64,000 nt of DNA from Callorhinchus milii. Taxonomy: Eukaryota. The notes below the pieces were generated by a model, which had not been told where the DNA came from, made no database searches, and saw only the letters and a program-made list of their open reading frames with translations. How positions within the stretch are numbered: position 1 is the first letter of the stretch; the number at the start of each line of letters is the position of its first letter. Made by a program: the position numbers and the translations under genes. Positions 11,499 to 23,539 of this stretch are shown here, in pieces. The stretch covers positions 7,068,001 to 7,132,000 of the forward strand of contig NW_024704759.1 of the NCBI RefSeq assembly GCF_018977255.1, in the 5' to 3' direction.

Positions 11499-14400
11499 TT
11501 GTGTATAGAGAGCGAAGGCTGTGTGGGTGCAAGTGTTTGGAGAAACAAGCACATTCCTCATCACTTGGCCTCCCTCCAGCCCAATAAAGACATTGAGATA
11601 CTTTCTAAAGTGGCCCATTGTGTTTTTACTAAAAAAAAATCCTGAATATGACAATAAGCTGTGGCTGTGTGAAGTGTTGTCTGACATTCCCTTTGGTTTA
11701 TTTCGCTGGAGATTTGAAATAAAGCAATTATACCATTTGTTGCACAGCATCTGGTCTTCTGTGACCCTCAACCACTGCACACATGTAAAAGTTAGTTGAT
11801 TGCATTAAGAAGTGAGCAATGATTCCAGCTCAAATACAAGGGAATGTGATCCTTCAGGTGTTTCTATTTAAACTGTAATGAAGATCACTCCTCTACTGCC
11901 GCACTCTTGATAATATCCTAAAACACTTCATTTCCACCCTTTACTCAGAGGGTAAATATTCCGTACAGATCAAGAATAATCTTGAATTGAGTTTCCAGCT
12001 CCCCAGCCCCCACCCCATTTGGCTCTGTGAAGTGCTTTGAGATGTCCTCCTGACGTGAAAGGTTGTATCAGTGTAATGGTGGTTTGGCGATGATTCATTT
12101 TCCTGTCTTGATTTGAGTTGGTTAATCTCAGCCGGGTAGCAATTGATATTACAATCGGCAACAGTAGCCATGGATTTGAGATAGGTAAAACAAAATCAGC
12201 CACCCTATGAATAGCCCACTTGCCTCAGTTTCGTGGCTCCCACGTTGGCGAACAACCCCTTGAATAGGCATTTGCAGGTAGGTGGTCACTTCAAAACAGT
12301 TCTGCATCTCACCAAGAGGTCCCATTGCCATCAGGTGTGTCTCGTGCTCTGTTCTTCCCTTTCCAAATGCGTGTGCNTTTTTTAATTGGCTTCGATAGGG
12401 TCCAAGTCCGTCTGTTTTCTAACACTATCACGTTGCTCATTCTGAGCTTTCCCTTACAAACTGTTAATTGGTGGCCAGTGTCTCTGCTCACTATGCAGCT
12501 CCCCCTCCTGTAAATTAATCAAGCAGAGACTCTTTCCCCCTCCCAGAGGCAAAATAAATGAATGAAAGGTTTTGTCACATGGATGTTGCGAGTGGACAGA
12601 ATTGAAATTGACCTTAACCACATATGTCCATCTCTCCCATCCCTCGCCACCACCACCACCAGAACAATCCCAACTTGCATATATATGTATCATATATATA
12701 TAGTGCCCTTTACGTGGGGTAGTGTCCCGGAGTGCTTAACAGTGGCGGAGCCTGATGCTGAGCCGGTGGGAGGTTACTGGTCAGAAAGACAACCGCAGTC
12801 AGAGCCAGCCTCTGCTCACTATCTAAACTCGCACTTGAAGACTAGGTAGCTGGTTCAGCTATTAGGAGCTGCTCTATCTGTGAACTGCACCACAACATGT
12901 GTCAAGAGGGTTGAAAGGGGTGTAAATTGACCAAAAAAACATTTGCTATCAGCTGTCAAGTACACAGAACTTTGTAGATACGATACGTTGAAGGGATTCC
13001 CATGTAATGCAGTTTCTTGAGTATAGATAATGGTATATTCCACAAACAAGACTAAAGCTATGTGCAGATGAGAAGCTGATAGGGCGACTGTTTGCACACA
13101 TTACTTTAGTGGAAAGCAATCAGTACTTTTATTATTAATGATAAAGGGAGATGTCAATTTAGTCCCTCCCTCCCACCCTTGCTATTCACTGCTCAGTTGA
13201 AGTGCTACAGCAACAGTCCAGCATGATGAAAGGCTTATGTGAAGCGAAGCTGTTGGAATACTTCTCCCAGCTGAATAGACAGAGACACTGTGACAGTTGA
13301 GTTATTATGAGCTTCAAACACTTCAAACACAGCAGGGTGCTGTGAGCCTGGAGCGATGGGCGTTGGGGCTGGCTTGTGGTAAAGGTGTGATTTGACTTTC
13401 TAACTACCTGAGTTTCATGTAGTTATCCCAAAAAGCCACACTGCTCTCTACAATATATAGGACTTACCTCTTTGACTGTACTTTGGGTCATCTTTTCCCA
13501 CCCCCCTTCCCCCACCTCAGCCCAGTATCAAGCATTTGGGAAGGCCTCCTGACGTGAAAGACACCACATAAATGTAAGTATGTACTTTTGTGTTGTATAT
13601 AAATATATGTTGACTAAACAAGGCTTTTGGGTGCCACCTCAATATGTTAGTAGATAGAACGTAATTCTGTCTAAAATACTTTACATATCTGATATAGAAC
13701 TTAACTATGTATAACATTGACAATCTCAAAATACTTCTCCCAAGAAGTTATTTTATTTAAGTGCAATGACTATTGAATAGACAAACAATCTGCATCAGAA
13801 CTATTCCGCAAAGCATAATGAGATAAATCAACTAATGTGATTTTTTTTTAACGGAATATGGATGAGGGAGAGATATTGGCCTGAACTACCTCAGTACTGT
13901 CCTGAATCGTCAGTGCAGATTGTGAACTGAAGACCTTGTGTGGTGCCTGAACCCACGGCCTTCAGAGCAAACTGGTGAGGTACAGAGACATACAAGCCAA
14001 ATGATCAGGGCCTCAACTCCTGGTGTGTGCTGATCTCAATTTGGTTTTACACCTACGAACTAAAGAGAGGTAAGTCAGACAGGTCACTGGGCTGATCACA
14101 TTAGAGTTGATGCCTTTCACATTACATCACAGTTGCCATCATATGGTCATGATGCTGGCAGGGCAATGGCAGATGCAAATTGTTTCCTTAGTGCACTTGA
14201 CTTTTCTGGTCCTTATACAAAGCTGCCTTTTCATACAGGTTTGCTGGTCATCACATACAAATTATTGTTTTAGATTCTTCATCGCAAACAATCATCATCA
14301 GCGGCTTAATACGAAGTGAAGCCTTTTACAGCAGAGCATTTCAGTTTGGTCATTGCTTTGAAATAAAAGTGTTCTGATTAATTGAGGTCTAACTTTTTTG

Positions 14401-15845
14401 GAAATGCCCATTGAAGACATTCTGAAGTCACAGAGTGCCAACTAAATACCCTCTTTAAGATATCAGTGACCTGCTGACACTTCTGTCTGAGTTAGGACAC
14501 AGAAAGGGACCAGCAAACCATGGTATCTGTTTGGGAGCTATATAAATGTAATTTGTTGTTGTCTAATACAGTTATGGTCGGCCAACAAAATACATTTTCT
14601 CGATTTAATATTTCTTGATTTATGCCATAAATTGAGAAATATTCAATCAAGAAAAAAACAGAAAATACACTACTGATCGAACATGGACTTACCTAGACTT
14701 GTGTGAATGTTCGGGGGATGTTTCTTGACTGCGGCTCACAAGTTGGCCCCCACTGGTCTAATGCCAGATGTTATGATTAAATAGAACTAATGGATTCCAC
14801 CTAAAGTGTAGCAGAAAACCAAGGCTGGTAGAGTGATTATGAAGAATTTAACAAGTGGCATTATCTGTCAGGTTAACCTATGTAGCCTAAGCTCCCACAG
14901 TACAATACAGAATGTCCATCATCACTTAATTATCAATGACCTTTTATTCTGTAGAGCCATTTACTCTGTCTGGTAAAGTGTCAGTTACTTAATTCACAGA
15001 AGCAGGAAAACTTTTATTAAAAAACAGACAGATGGTCAGGGCTGAAGTCAAGAAGTCCCTTAGTGGGTCTGTATACACAGAGCCATTGATAGATCAACAC
15101 AGAACCACCTCCGCATCATATGCACTTATAAAAGCTTTCGCTGTTGATTGTTCCTTGTACTTATTGTATTCTAAATAATCTGTAATAATTGTACCTACAT
15201 CATTTTCAATCAGTGTTTTTGCCCACTCCTGAAGGTTCTCTCTTGTAGCCCTCGCTGAGGTCAACTCACTCGGCACAGATGAGAAACTAAACTTGGGACT
15301 TACCTGATGTCAACCGAGAATCATGATTCAGTTTTCCAGAATGCCCAGTGGGTAAAGACATTAATCCATACAGATTGGATGGATTCTTATCTCTGCTGAG
15401 CTGGGTGATCACAGCCTGGATGCTGCAATTGACCTCAGATTAGTCCTTCTCTTGACTAACACACGTGCTAGAAAATAGTGTACATTAAACTCCTGATAGC
15501 TCATCACTCCGAGGAAAACGGGTTCAGTGAGAAGTTATCAGGTGTGGTGAGAGGCATATGTATAAATACATAAATGAATTGACAGCATGACGACTTAAGT
15601 GATAGTGACTAGCTAAACCAGGATTGAGTTATCAGGAGTTTACAGTATATGTAGATTATTTCTATATCTGCTGAGGATAGACTGGGACATGGTTGTGATC
15701 ATCTCTCCATCCTGTAGTTAACTACCCCTTGGACACGCACTGTCTAGGTTCATATAAAGACTTGGATGAGGTATCAACAATCTAATGGCACCTGTGAACC
15801 AAATTCCAGCAAAAGTCAGGACACGAAATAATTAAAAATATATAT

Positions 15846-16147
15846 TATAATCCTTGCATTTGATATAGTGCTTTCACATCTGTGTCAAAGCGCTTTACAG
15901 AATATACTGTAAAGTGAACTGACTGTATATTTGACTGTATAATTGGTGAAACACAGCAGCCAATTGCGCACAACAGTGTCCCACAAACAGTCGTGGATTG
16001 AAGTGACCAATTTATTTATTTTTTCTTGAGGGATTATTATCAGGCATGTGGAGTAAGGAAACTTGCCCAAGGTTTCGCCCTGCCGAGAATCGAACCTAGG
16101 TTCTCGCTTGCAAGGCGAGTGCTCTAACCACTGAGCTACAGGTCTCC
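15846..16147 (-). mobile_element. tRNA-derived SINE, short form
   Basis: Full head-to-tail similarity to 7007-7330. Confidence 0.9.
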
Positions 16148-18837
16148 AATTCACTTTGCACCTTTTGAATCATGTATAGTGTATACCCATGATTCAAAAG
16201 GCTCCTAAACATAAATTAGAGAGAAACTATTCACTCATTCCGTAGGTTAGGTTAATGTCATAACTCAGTTGAATTGGTCTTCACACTTTTAGTGAATAAA
16301 AGAAAAATGCATCCCTTCTCAGTGTTAATCTCTGTGTTATTTTGCAGTCTATCTGCTATTGGATTCAGGCAGCTGTCAGACTTGAAACAGGGGAAGGCTG
16401 TGAGTCATGGAGGCTGATTTAAGATTTTAACAGAAAAGGGACTATAAAAAGCACACGTAAAGATTACTTAATGCCCCCAACTCTGCTTTCAATGTTTTTT
16501 TTGTAGATTTCAAAATGTCTGCAAACTTTTAACACATGTTGCCCAGAAAACTAATTAGTGACTTTCATAAACATTTTAGTAGAAACAGAACCTGAACAAG
16601 ACCAGCGGAGAGTTCTTTACAACAAAGGGATCAGTAATCTCAGACTGAGCTGCGCTCCGCACCATGGTCAGTTGTTCAATAGAATGAGCAGCCACTGTAA
16701 GACAATGAGGGCCTAATCTTCTGAGCTAAAGGATCAGGCACTTACACTGCGGTTTGTGCTCTTCAAGCCTTACGCAATGAGCCAGTATTCTCTTTGCCAC
16801 AGCATGACACCTCAGGACTCCTTCGCCGTGAGCCTGAGTAGCCCATTTGTTCTGCAGCCCACAACAGTGGTTCCTGAATGCATTGAAGGGACAACACAGA
16901 AGTTTGGGATTATGGCTAATGTGCCACCCCTGGGCCTATAATCTCTTCAGAGAACTGGGTCGAAATAAGTATCTGTTACAGAAACTGCCTTCATCTCACC
17001 CCCTTCTGAGTCGCACAGCTCTGATACCTGACACTGAAACAACTGGGTCTTTCTACACTAATCAGGCATTAGTGGCTAAAGCCTTACGGAGAACAGTTAA
17101 TCTCCATATTTACTCCATCTGTGCACCTCAAACTGACTTACTTTGGGCTTTGTAGATCAAAGGGACTTTGTAAAGTCAGATTATTGGGGTAAAGGGATGA
17201 AGCACTGTGCTAGCTATCCACTGATCCCATTAATACTGCCAGGGTGTGTAAAAGACGTTTCTTATTAGTTAACCCTCAACCAGTTGTTTGGTATCTTCAA
17301 TCCTGTTAACACGTACTGCAGTGTTCCTGAAGTGAGTTAGAATGTTGTGCTCTCTTACACATGTTTTTATACAGCATAAGAGTAACAGCCATTGAGTGTC
17401 TTTCAAGAGTTGTTCTAATAATTTTTAAGCATTATTTAAATGAATGCAGTAAGGGTTAAGTGAACTGGTTAGATGCTTAGACTTTATAACTTAAGTGTAA
17501 ATACGTCAAAGTATACGGAGTAGTGGAGAGTTGCTGATACCAATGGGAGTTGAGGAATGTAGGTTGAAAAGAATGAATGAAGGATCGACCGTGGTAACTT
17601 GTGTCTGTCAATTGTAAAAAAAAGTAACATTAATCTTCCTGAGAGAACCACAATTCTTTCCAAGAATTCTTTCCAATCTGTATACTGCTAACTGGGTGAG
17701 TGACTATGATATAGATGTTCTTTCATTACTTTCTATAGCTTTCTCCAAAGGTCGAGTGGACCCAAGAGTGTATAATCTTATATAGCAAGATTGAAGGCTG
17801 CAAATTCCAATCTGTGCTGGATTAGCTAATCTCAACCAGGAGGTAGTTGACTAACTACAGTTGGCCTTGACATGTATAGAGAGGGCAAAGTTTGCTTGTT
17901 TCTGCTTTCCGATCAGCAACCAGAGATTCTACTGGTGTCAAATGGCTTCAAGATGGGAGAAAGAATGCTGGTATTTAGGGTATGAGGGAAAGGGTGAGAA
18001 TTAAGGTATTCATTGTTTTTAAAAGTATTCATTGTACTGAATGGTACTAACATGCAATTATTTGTGTGAAAACACCTTATTTTGTTTGCTTCATTACCCT
18101 TTGACTGTTTTGAGAGATTTATTGTTTATCTATTTCATCTGACCCGAGCATCCAAGTAAATTTCAGTCTAAGCACCACAATCAATCCCAACTAGATAACA
18201 CTCATAACTGCATTGGAAGAAACTTGAGTTTAGTGTTGGATGAAACCAGTATATTGCAATTCATTGTACCTTGTTTAGTGTTAAATGGAAAATATACTTT
18301 GAAATAATTCCATATTGTTTTTAAACTTAGTTAATGGCTCAAAAAGATTGTATATACTGAAGATCTTCATTCAATATAGCATACTATTATTCAATATAGC
18401 ATGCAAAAGATAAGACTGAATGGTCTTCCTATTCTATACTAGGTTGATTTTCAGTAAAGCCCTTATTACTAAGATATGAATTGAGAAAAGTTTAAACAGT
18501 GAACAGAAATGAACAAAGTTCCCTTGAGAAGCAGAAGTGAAAGAGATGCTGTTGTCTGTGACCAATCTGGGATTCAATCCAAATTCCATCACACTCCCAC
18601 ATTGCAGGACTGTCCTCATAATATGGCGATAAAGGGCAAACCTCTGGTTACTGTAATAATCGGCTTGTGGAACTCTTTACATTACCATGCTATACTTCTG
18701 CTCATGTTGTCTTCTTCGACGTAAGAAACTATTTTTTGCTGTCCACATATTCCAAGCATGTGGTTTACAGCCTGCAAACTGATCATACTTGTGTTGAATT
18801 CCTTTGTTTTGGAGCAATGCGATAAATACTGAGGTGA

Positions 18838-18960
18838 AACATAGAAACAGGACTAGGCTATTCAGCCCCTCAAGCCTGTTCTGCCATTTTATAAGATCAT
18901 GGCTGATCTGTACCTCAAGTCCAGTTACCAGCCCTTGCCCCATATCCCTTAATGGTTTCT
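18838..18960 (-). mobile_element. CR1 LINE 3' tail fragment
   Basis: CATAGAAACAGG...GGCTATTCAGCCCCTCAAGCCTGTTCTGCCAT...AGATCATGGCTGATCTG is a typical CR1 3' UTR in reverse. Confidence 0.65.
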
Positions 18961-20844
18961 CAGTTAATGTCCTATTCACACATGTCAGTTGTCATAATGT
19001 GCATTTTGCTTCATCTTACTACTATCATTCCTGGTCATGATTCCATCCAAACCGAAACCTAATGAAGTCTATGAACGCTATATAAACAATGCTAAAGATC
19101 TGCATCCCAAGTTGTTTTAAAGGGCAAAAACATTGAAAGTGAGAATAATGTCCACCATTTTGTTGGAACAAAAAAGCCATACCATAGTTTAATGTGTAAA
19201 TAAAACTTTATGCTTAATACCACAGAATAACTTATTGGTATAATAATAAGACAGTTTAGAAATTGGTTACAATTTTATAGAAAAAACACTTGACCTTTTC
19301 ATCCATAAAATATAGAATTACAGACAAACTCAAAAATAGTCTTGCTGTTCTTTCAAATTCTTTCACCTCCAATTTATATTAGTGGTAGATAAACAAATGT
19401 CTAATATTGCAACCCAAGGCCAAAAACATTTAACTTAAAAGCTTTTAACAAAGCACACTGGACCATAACATAATCAGTGCCGGGGGGTGGGTGGGGAGGG
19501 AATCGGGAATCAAGGCAGCATAGTCTGTGTGCAAAAATATTCATATAGTAAACTGTTTTATTAATTTTCTTTATTCCTGAAAGTGCCGACTCTTGAATAT
19601 GATTGACGGGTGTAAGTTGTACCTGACCCAATGAGCCATTCTTTGTGTGAGCTTACATTCTCGATGAGAGCAGGGATGAGAGTCTATGTGGAGTATCACA
19701 GCTGAGGTGTCCACACCCACACTTTCCAGCAGGGGGTTCACTCATTGCTATTAGCAAAATAACTCTGCAAGGGTGCTTTAGCCAAAAGCATCACCCCACT
19801 GCCTCAAACTTTAAATCAGCATAAACTTTTATTTTCTGGACGTTGACACAGTGCCCACTATGCCACCGGTGGAGCCTGCACCTCAACATTTATTGCAATC
19901 AATCACATTCCCCCTTTACAAGCATTCACATAAAGAAATGGGTCAGTCAAAATAATCTAAAAAAAATCCAGAGGACTGTGACTTTCCCACACTCCCTCTA
20001 TTCATCAAATTCAAAAACACCATAGGTGCTCAGCATTTCTTTTCTTTTTTTAAAAAAAAGCTTAGCAACATGCGCAGCCTGGTCCATGAGATTCTTGTGG
20101 ATCTTGTTTACAATGCGTCTAAATGTGCAGAACATGAAAATAAGTAATTAAAGTATTTGGAAATTTGTGACAGGCACAGACTGAGATGAGCAAAATACTT
20201 AACAGGTGTTAAATAGGAGATGTGGGGAATAGATGAAATCTTCCAGAGGTTTTTCTTGATTACACTTGGAGTCCAGGAGGATCTCAGCAGAACTTTCTTT
20301 AGGACAGCTCATAAGGCTTTCTAACTAAGTAGTGTATCATTTTCTGTGTAATTAACTTGGTATGATTTGTCATTTTCCCTTTTCAGATTCTGCTATGCAT
20401 TACTAAAATTCCCTGTGCTTCTCAATTCTGGCATTCCCAGTTTTCTTCAAGATCTCCAAAGGGATAGATTAGATGGACTGCTTCCTACTACACTGTAAGC
20501 ATACTTTTAGAAATATTACACAAGGATTAGAATCATAGAAAATTAAAATACAGGAAGAGGCCATTCAACCCAGACTGCACCACCTTTCTAAGTAAACTGT
20601 CCATTGAATCCCACTGCCCCACCCCATCCTCATAATAATAATAATACTCCTTGCATTTGATATAGCATCCCTCCAGAGAGAGTATGCATTCCATTCCAAC
20701 AATATATCTCTGGGATTTCTATATGTAGGATGTGTAGGTAGGATAAATGGAAATCTCAACTTGGTTTGGATACTCTTAAGCATAGTGATGGGTTTCCGCA
20801 TGTGTTAAGACAGCCAGCTGACCCCACCAAAAATATATAGCCCT

Positions 20845-21168
20845 CATCACTTCTTCGAGACTCCTCAAAGGCATTCACAAAATATACTGTAAAGTGAATT
20901 GACTGTATATTTTGTGGGTGAAACTCAGCAGCCAATTGCACACAGCAGTGTCCCACAAACTGTCATGGATTGAGTGACCACTTTTTTTTAAGGGATTATT
21001 AACCCTGGAATTCACCAATCAACTAACAACTGGGTTCCTATTTACTGCTAGGTGAACAGAGGCTTGTGGAGTAAGGAAACTTGTCTAACGTTTCATCCTG
21101 CCTGGGAATAAAACCCAAGTCCTCTTGTCTGCGAGGTGAATGCTCTAACTATTAAGCTATAGGACTCC
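20845..21168 (-). mobile_element. tRNA-derived SINE, long form
   Basis: Same family plus the internal GTTCACCTAGCAGTAAATAGGAACC segment. Confidence 0.85.
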
Positions 21169-21577
21169 ATAACCTTTCAAGCCTTTTTTTTCATGTACCT
21201 GTCCACTTCCCTATTAAGCCATACAATGTTGCATTTTCAAACATGGCAGATGTTCTTAATTTCTGAAACCTGTTTAAATCTATGATACAAAGGACCCCTT
21301 TTATCTATTGACACTTTCTTGTATTTTCTGTAAATGAAAACCTCTGGGAAAATGTGGAATTATGAAGCTTTTGTTCTGCCAAATCTGAGCCAGTAGATAT
21401 GGTGCAGCAAATGTATTTTGACATTTATACTTGAAATAAGCAGTCTGTGGTTTTTCACTTCCCACTTTCAAAACCCTTTTAAAAATACAACACATTTGCT
21501 TTTGGTCATCTCTGCTTTTCCTGTTTGTTGCTCATGTAGATGCTACTCTTCAGAGTAGTCAATGTAATTCCGAAAGT

Positions 21578-21930
21578 AATAATAAATAATGCTTGCATTT
21601 GATATAACACCTTATCAAGTCTTCGAGACATCTTAAAGCACTTCACAGAATATACTTGAAAGTGAATTGACTATTTCGTAGGCGAGAATGTGGCAGCCAC
21701 TTGCGCACATCAGGGTCCCCCAAACAGTCATGGATTGAGTGACCAATTTTTTTAAAGGTTTACCCCCAGAAAAGCGATCTGCCAATCGCCTAACAACCGG
21801 GTTCCTACTTTCTGCTAGGTAAACCGGAGTGTGGAGTACGGGAACTTGCCCAACATTTCGCCCTGCTGGGAATCGAACCCAGTCTCTCGCTTGCGAGGTA
21901 AATGCTTTAACTACTGAGCTGCAGGACTCC
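21578..21930 (-). mobile_element. tRNA-derived SINE, long form
   Basis: Head ends at GGACTCC (21930); (ATT)n tail near 21578. Confidence 0.88.
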
Positions 21931-22861
21931 GCATGTAGCGGATTAAAACCTTTTTCTCAATATTCCAATCTGGTCACTGGAAGGTGTGTAAGAGCTGCCT
22001 AGAGTTTATATTTCTCTTTTCAATACCATTTTCACACAGGGAATAGAAATTGGAAGAAATGTAAATCCTGGATTGCCAACTTGTCCCCTGCCAAGGGAAG
22101 TTTGCTGCTGAAGCAGAGCAATCTCCAAGTTCCACTGAGTCATCAACTGTCTCGCAGGTACGATTTTAAGTTTGCTAACCAAGTTTAATGGCAGTTGAGT
22201 TTTCTTTCCAATGCCATAGCAGGTTTGAATCACTTCCCACATTCTCATATTGTTCAGTATAGACTACAGAGGGCAAGCTGATATGTTAATTTGCATTTTT
22301 TAAAATGTACTTTTATTAGGCAGAACATTTCAAGTGTGACTTGTCATCACTACCTGTTAGTCACTGCAGGGTTTCTGGACTCTTGAACATTAACCAGAAT
22401 TTAAAAAAAAACTTCTAATATTATCAAGCTGAGCAGCCCTGAAACATAGCTGCTGTGCTGTCTCTTCTTATTGTGGACAAAGCCACTTCAGTCAGCATTT
22501 GGTGTCTGTTGAGAAGCAGAACATGGGGAATTTGACACCCGAGTACCTGATCAAACAAGTTTGTTTTCACCTAGCCTGATCGTTTAATTTAAAACGCAAG
22601 GGTATCCTGCTATCCCTAAGTTTACCATCTTGTGAGAGAGGCTTTGAGGTCAATTGCTAATGTTCATTCATTAAACTATTTGGCAAAAAACAATCAGACT
22701 AAGAAAATTACAAACTAACCTATCCATAGTACCAGAATTGGATAGAAGACATGTTGCACTTTTGAAGTTCCTGTCTTCAGGTATCATTCAGGCCAGACAA
22801 CGATCCATGATGGGGAATGAAGCCAATTTCACTGTATCTTTACTAAGATGCTCACCTGTAT

Positions 22862-22867
22862 TTTATT
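22862..22867 (-). terminator. Possible Sowah polyadenylation signal AATAAA
   Basis: First AATAAA I found, about 490 nt after the stop. Others lie at 22312 and further downstream, so the true 3' end is unknown. Confidence 0.3.
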
Positions 22868-23357
22868 TTCCCTTTCCAATCGTCTTCCCTTAGCCCTCTG
22901 CTTTTCAAATACTTGGTCGTCCTCACAAGAAATGTTTAAAATCTAAAACCAAGAGACCAATCAGCTTGAAATTTTAAAGAACCTCGCCTCTTTGTTGGAA
23001 CAGTTTTAAATAGAAGGTGCTTTCAGTCAGCATATCTTAAGCAGCTGTACACTGTGGGTTTGGCTGGATAAGAAAAGGGCAAAAATGGACTGTACAAATG
23101 CTCACCTCAACTCAACCCACTTCTTGCACCTGACTTTTGATGGATGGAGGGGGAAGAAGACAAAATGCACGTAAAGGAATTCTGCACTTTAGGAAATCGC
23201 TGTACACAATGGCAAAACTGGGCTCTAAATAATTCAGTTGCTATGACATGTTGTCTTACTGGTTAAGTTCTCATTACTAATATTCAAGATCCCAAACTGA
23301 CATCTTGTAAATGGGATTGGTCACGATATCACACAGAACGAAGCCAGCAGGGCTAGT

Positions 23358-23539
23358 TTATCGGGAGAACTTGCGCGTAGCTTTGTATGTACTTGGCACG
23401 ATCAAATATTGGGAGGTTTCCATTTCAGCGGTTGCCAAGTTCTCTGCTGAACCCCACTTCTTACTGCTTCCACAACTCTTTGTCATAAAGAGGCCAGTCA
23501 GTTTTCGATTTCGTCGTTCTCCCCGAGACTGCTGGAATT
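23358..23539 (-). CDS. sowah2: Sowah last coding exon ([14 protein letters not shown]...KKWGSAENL...RKFSR*)
   Basis: cacttttcag| acceptor, open frame to TAA at 23360-23358. Confidence 0.85.
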
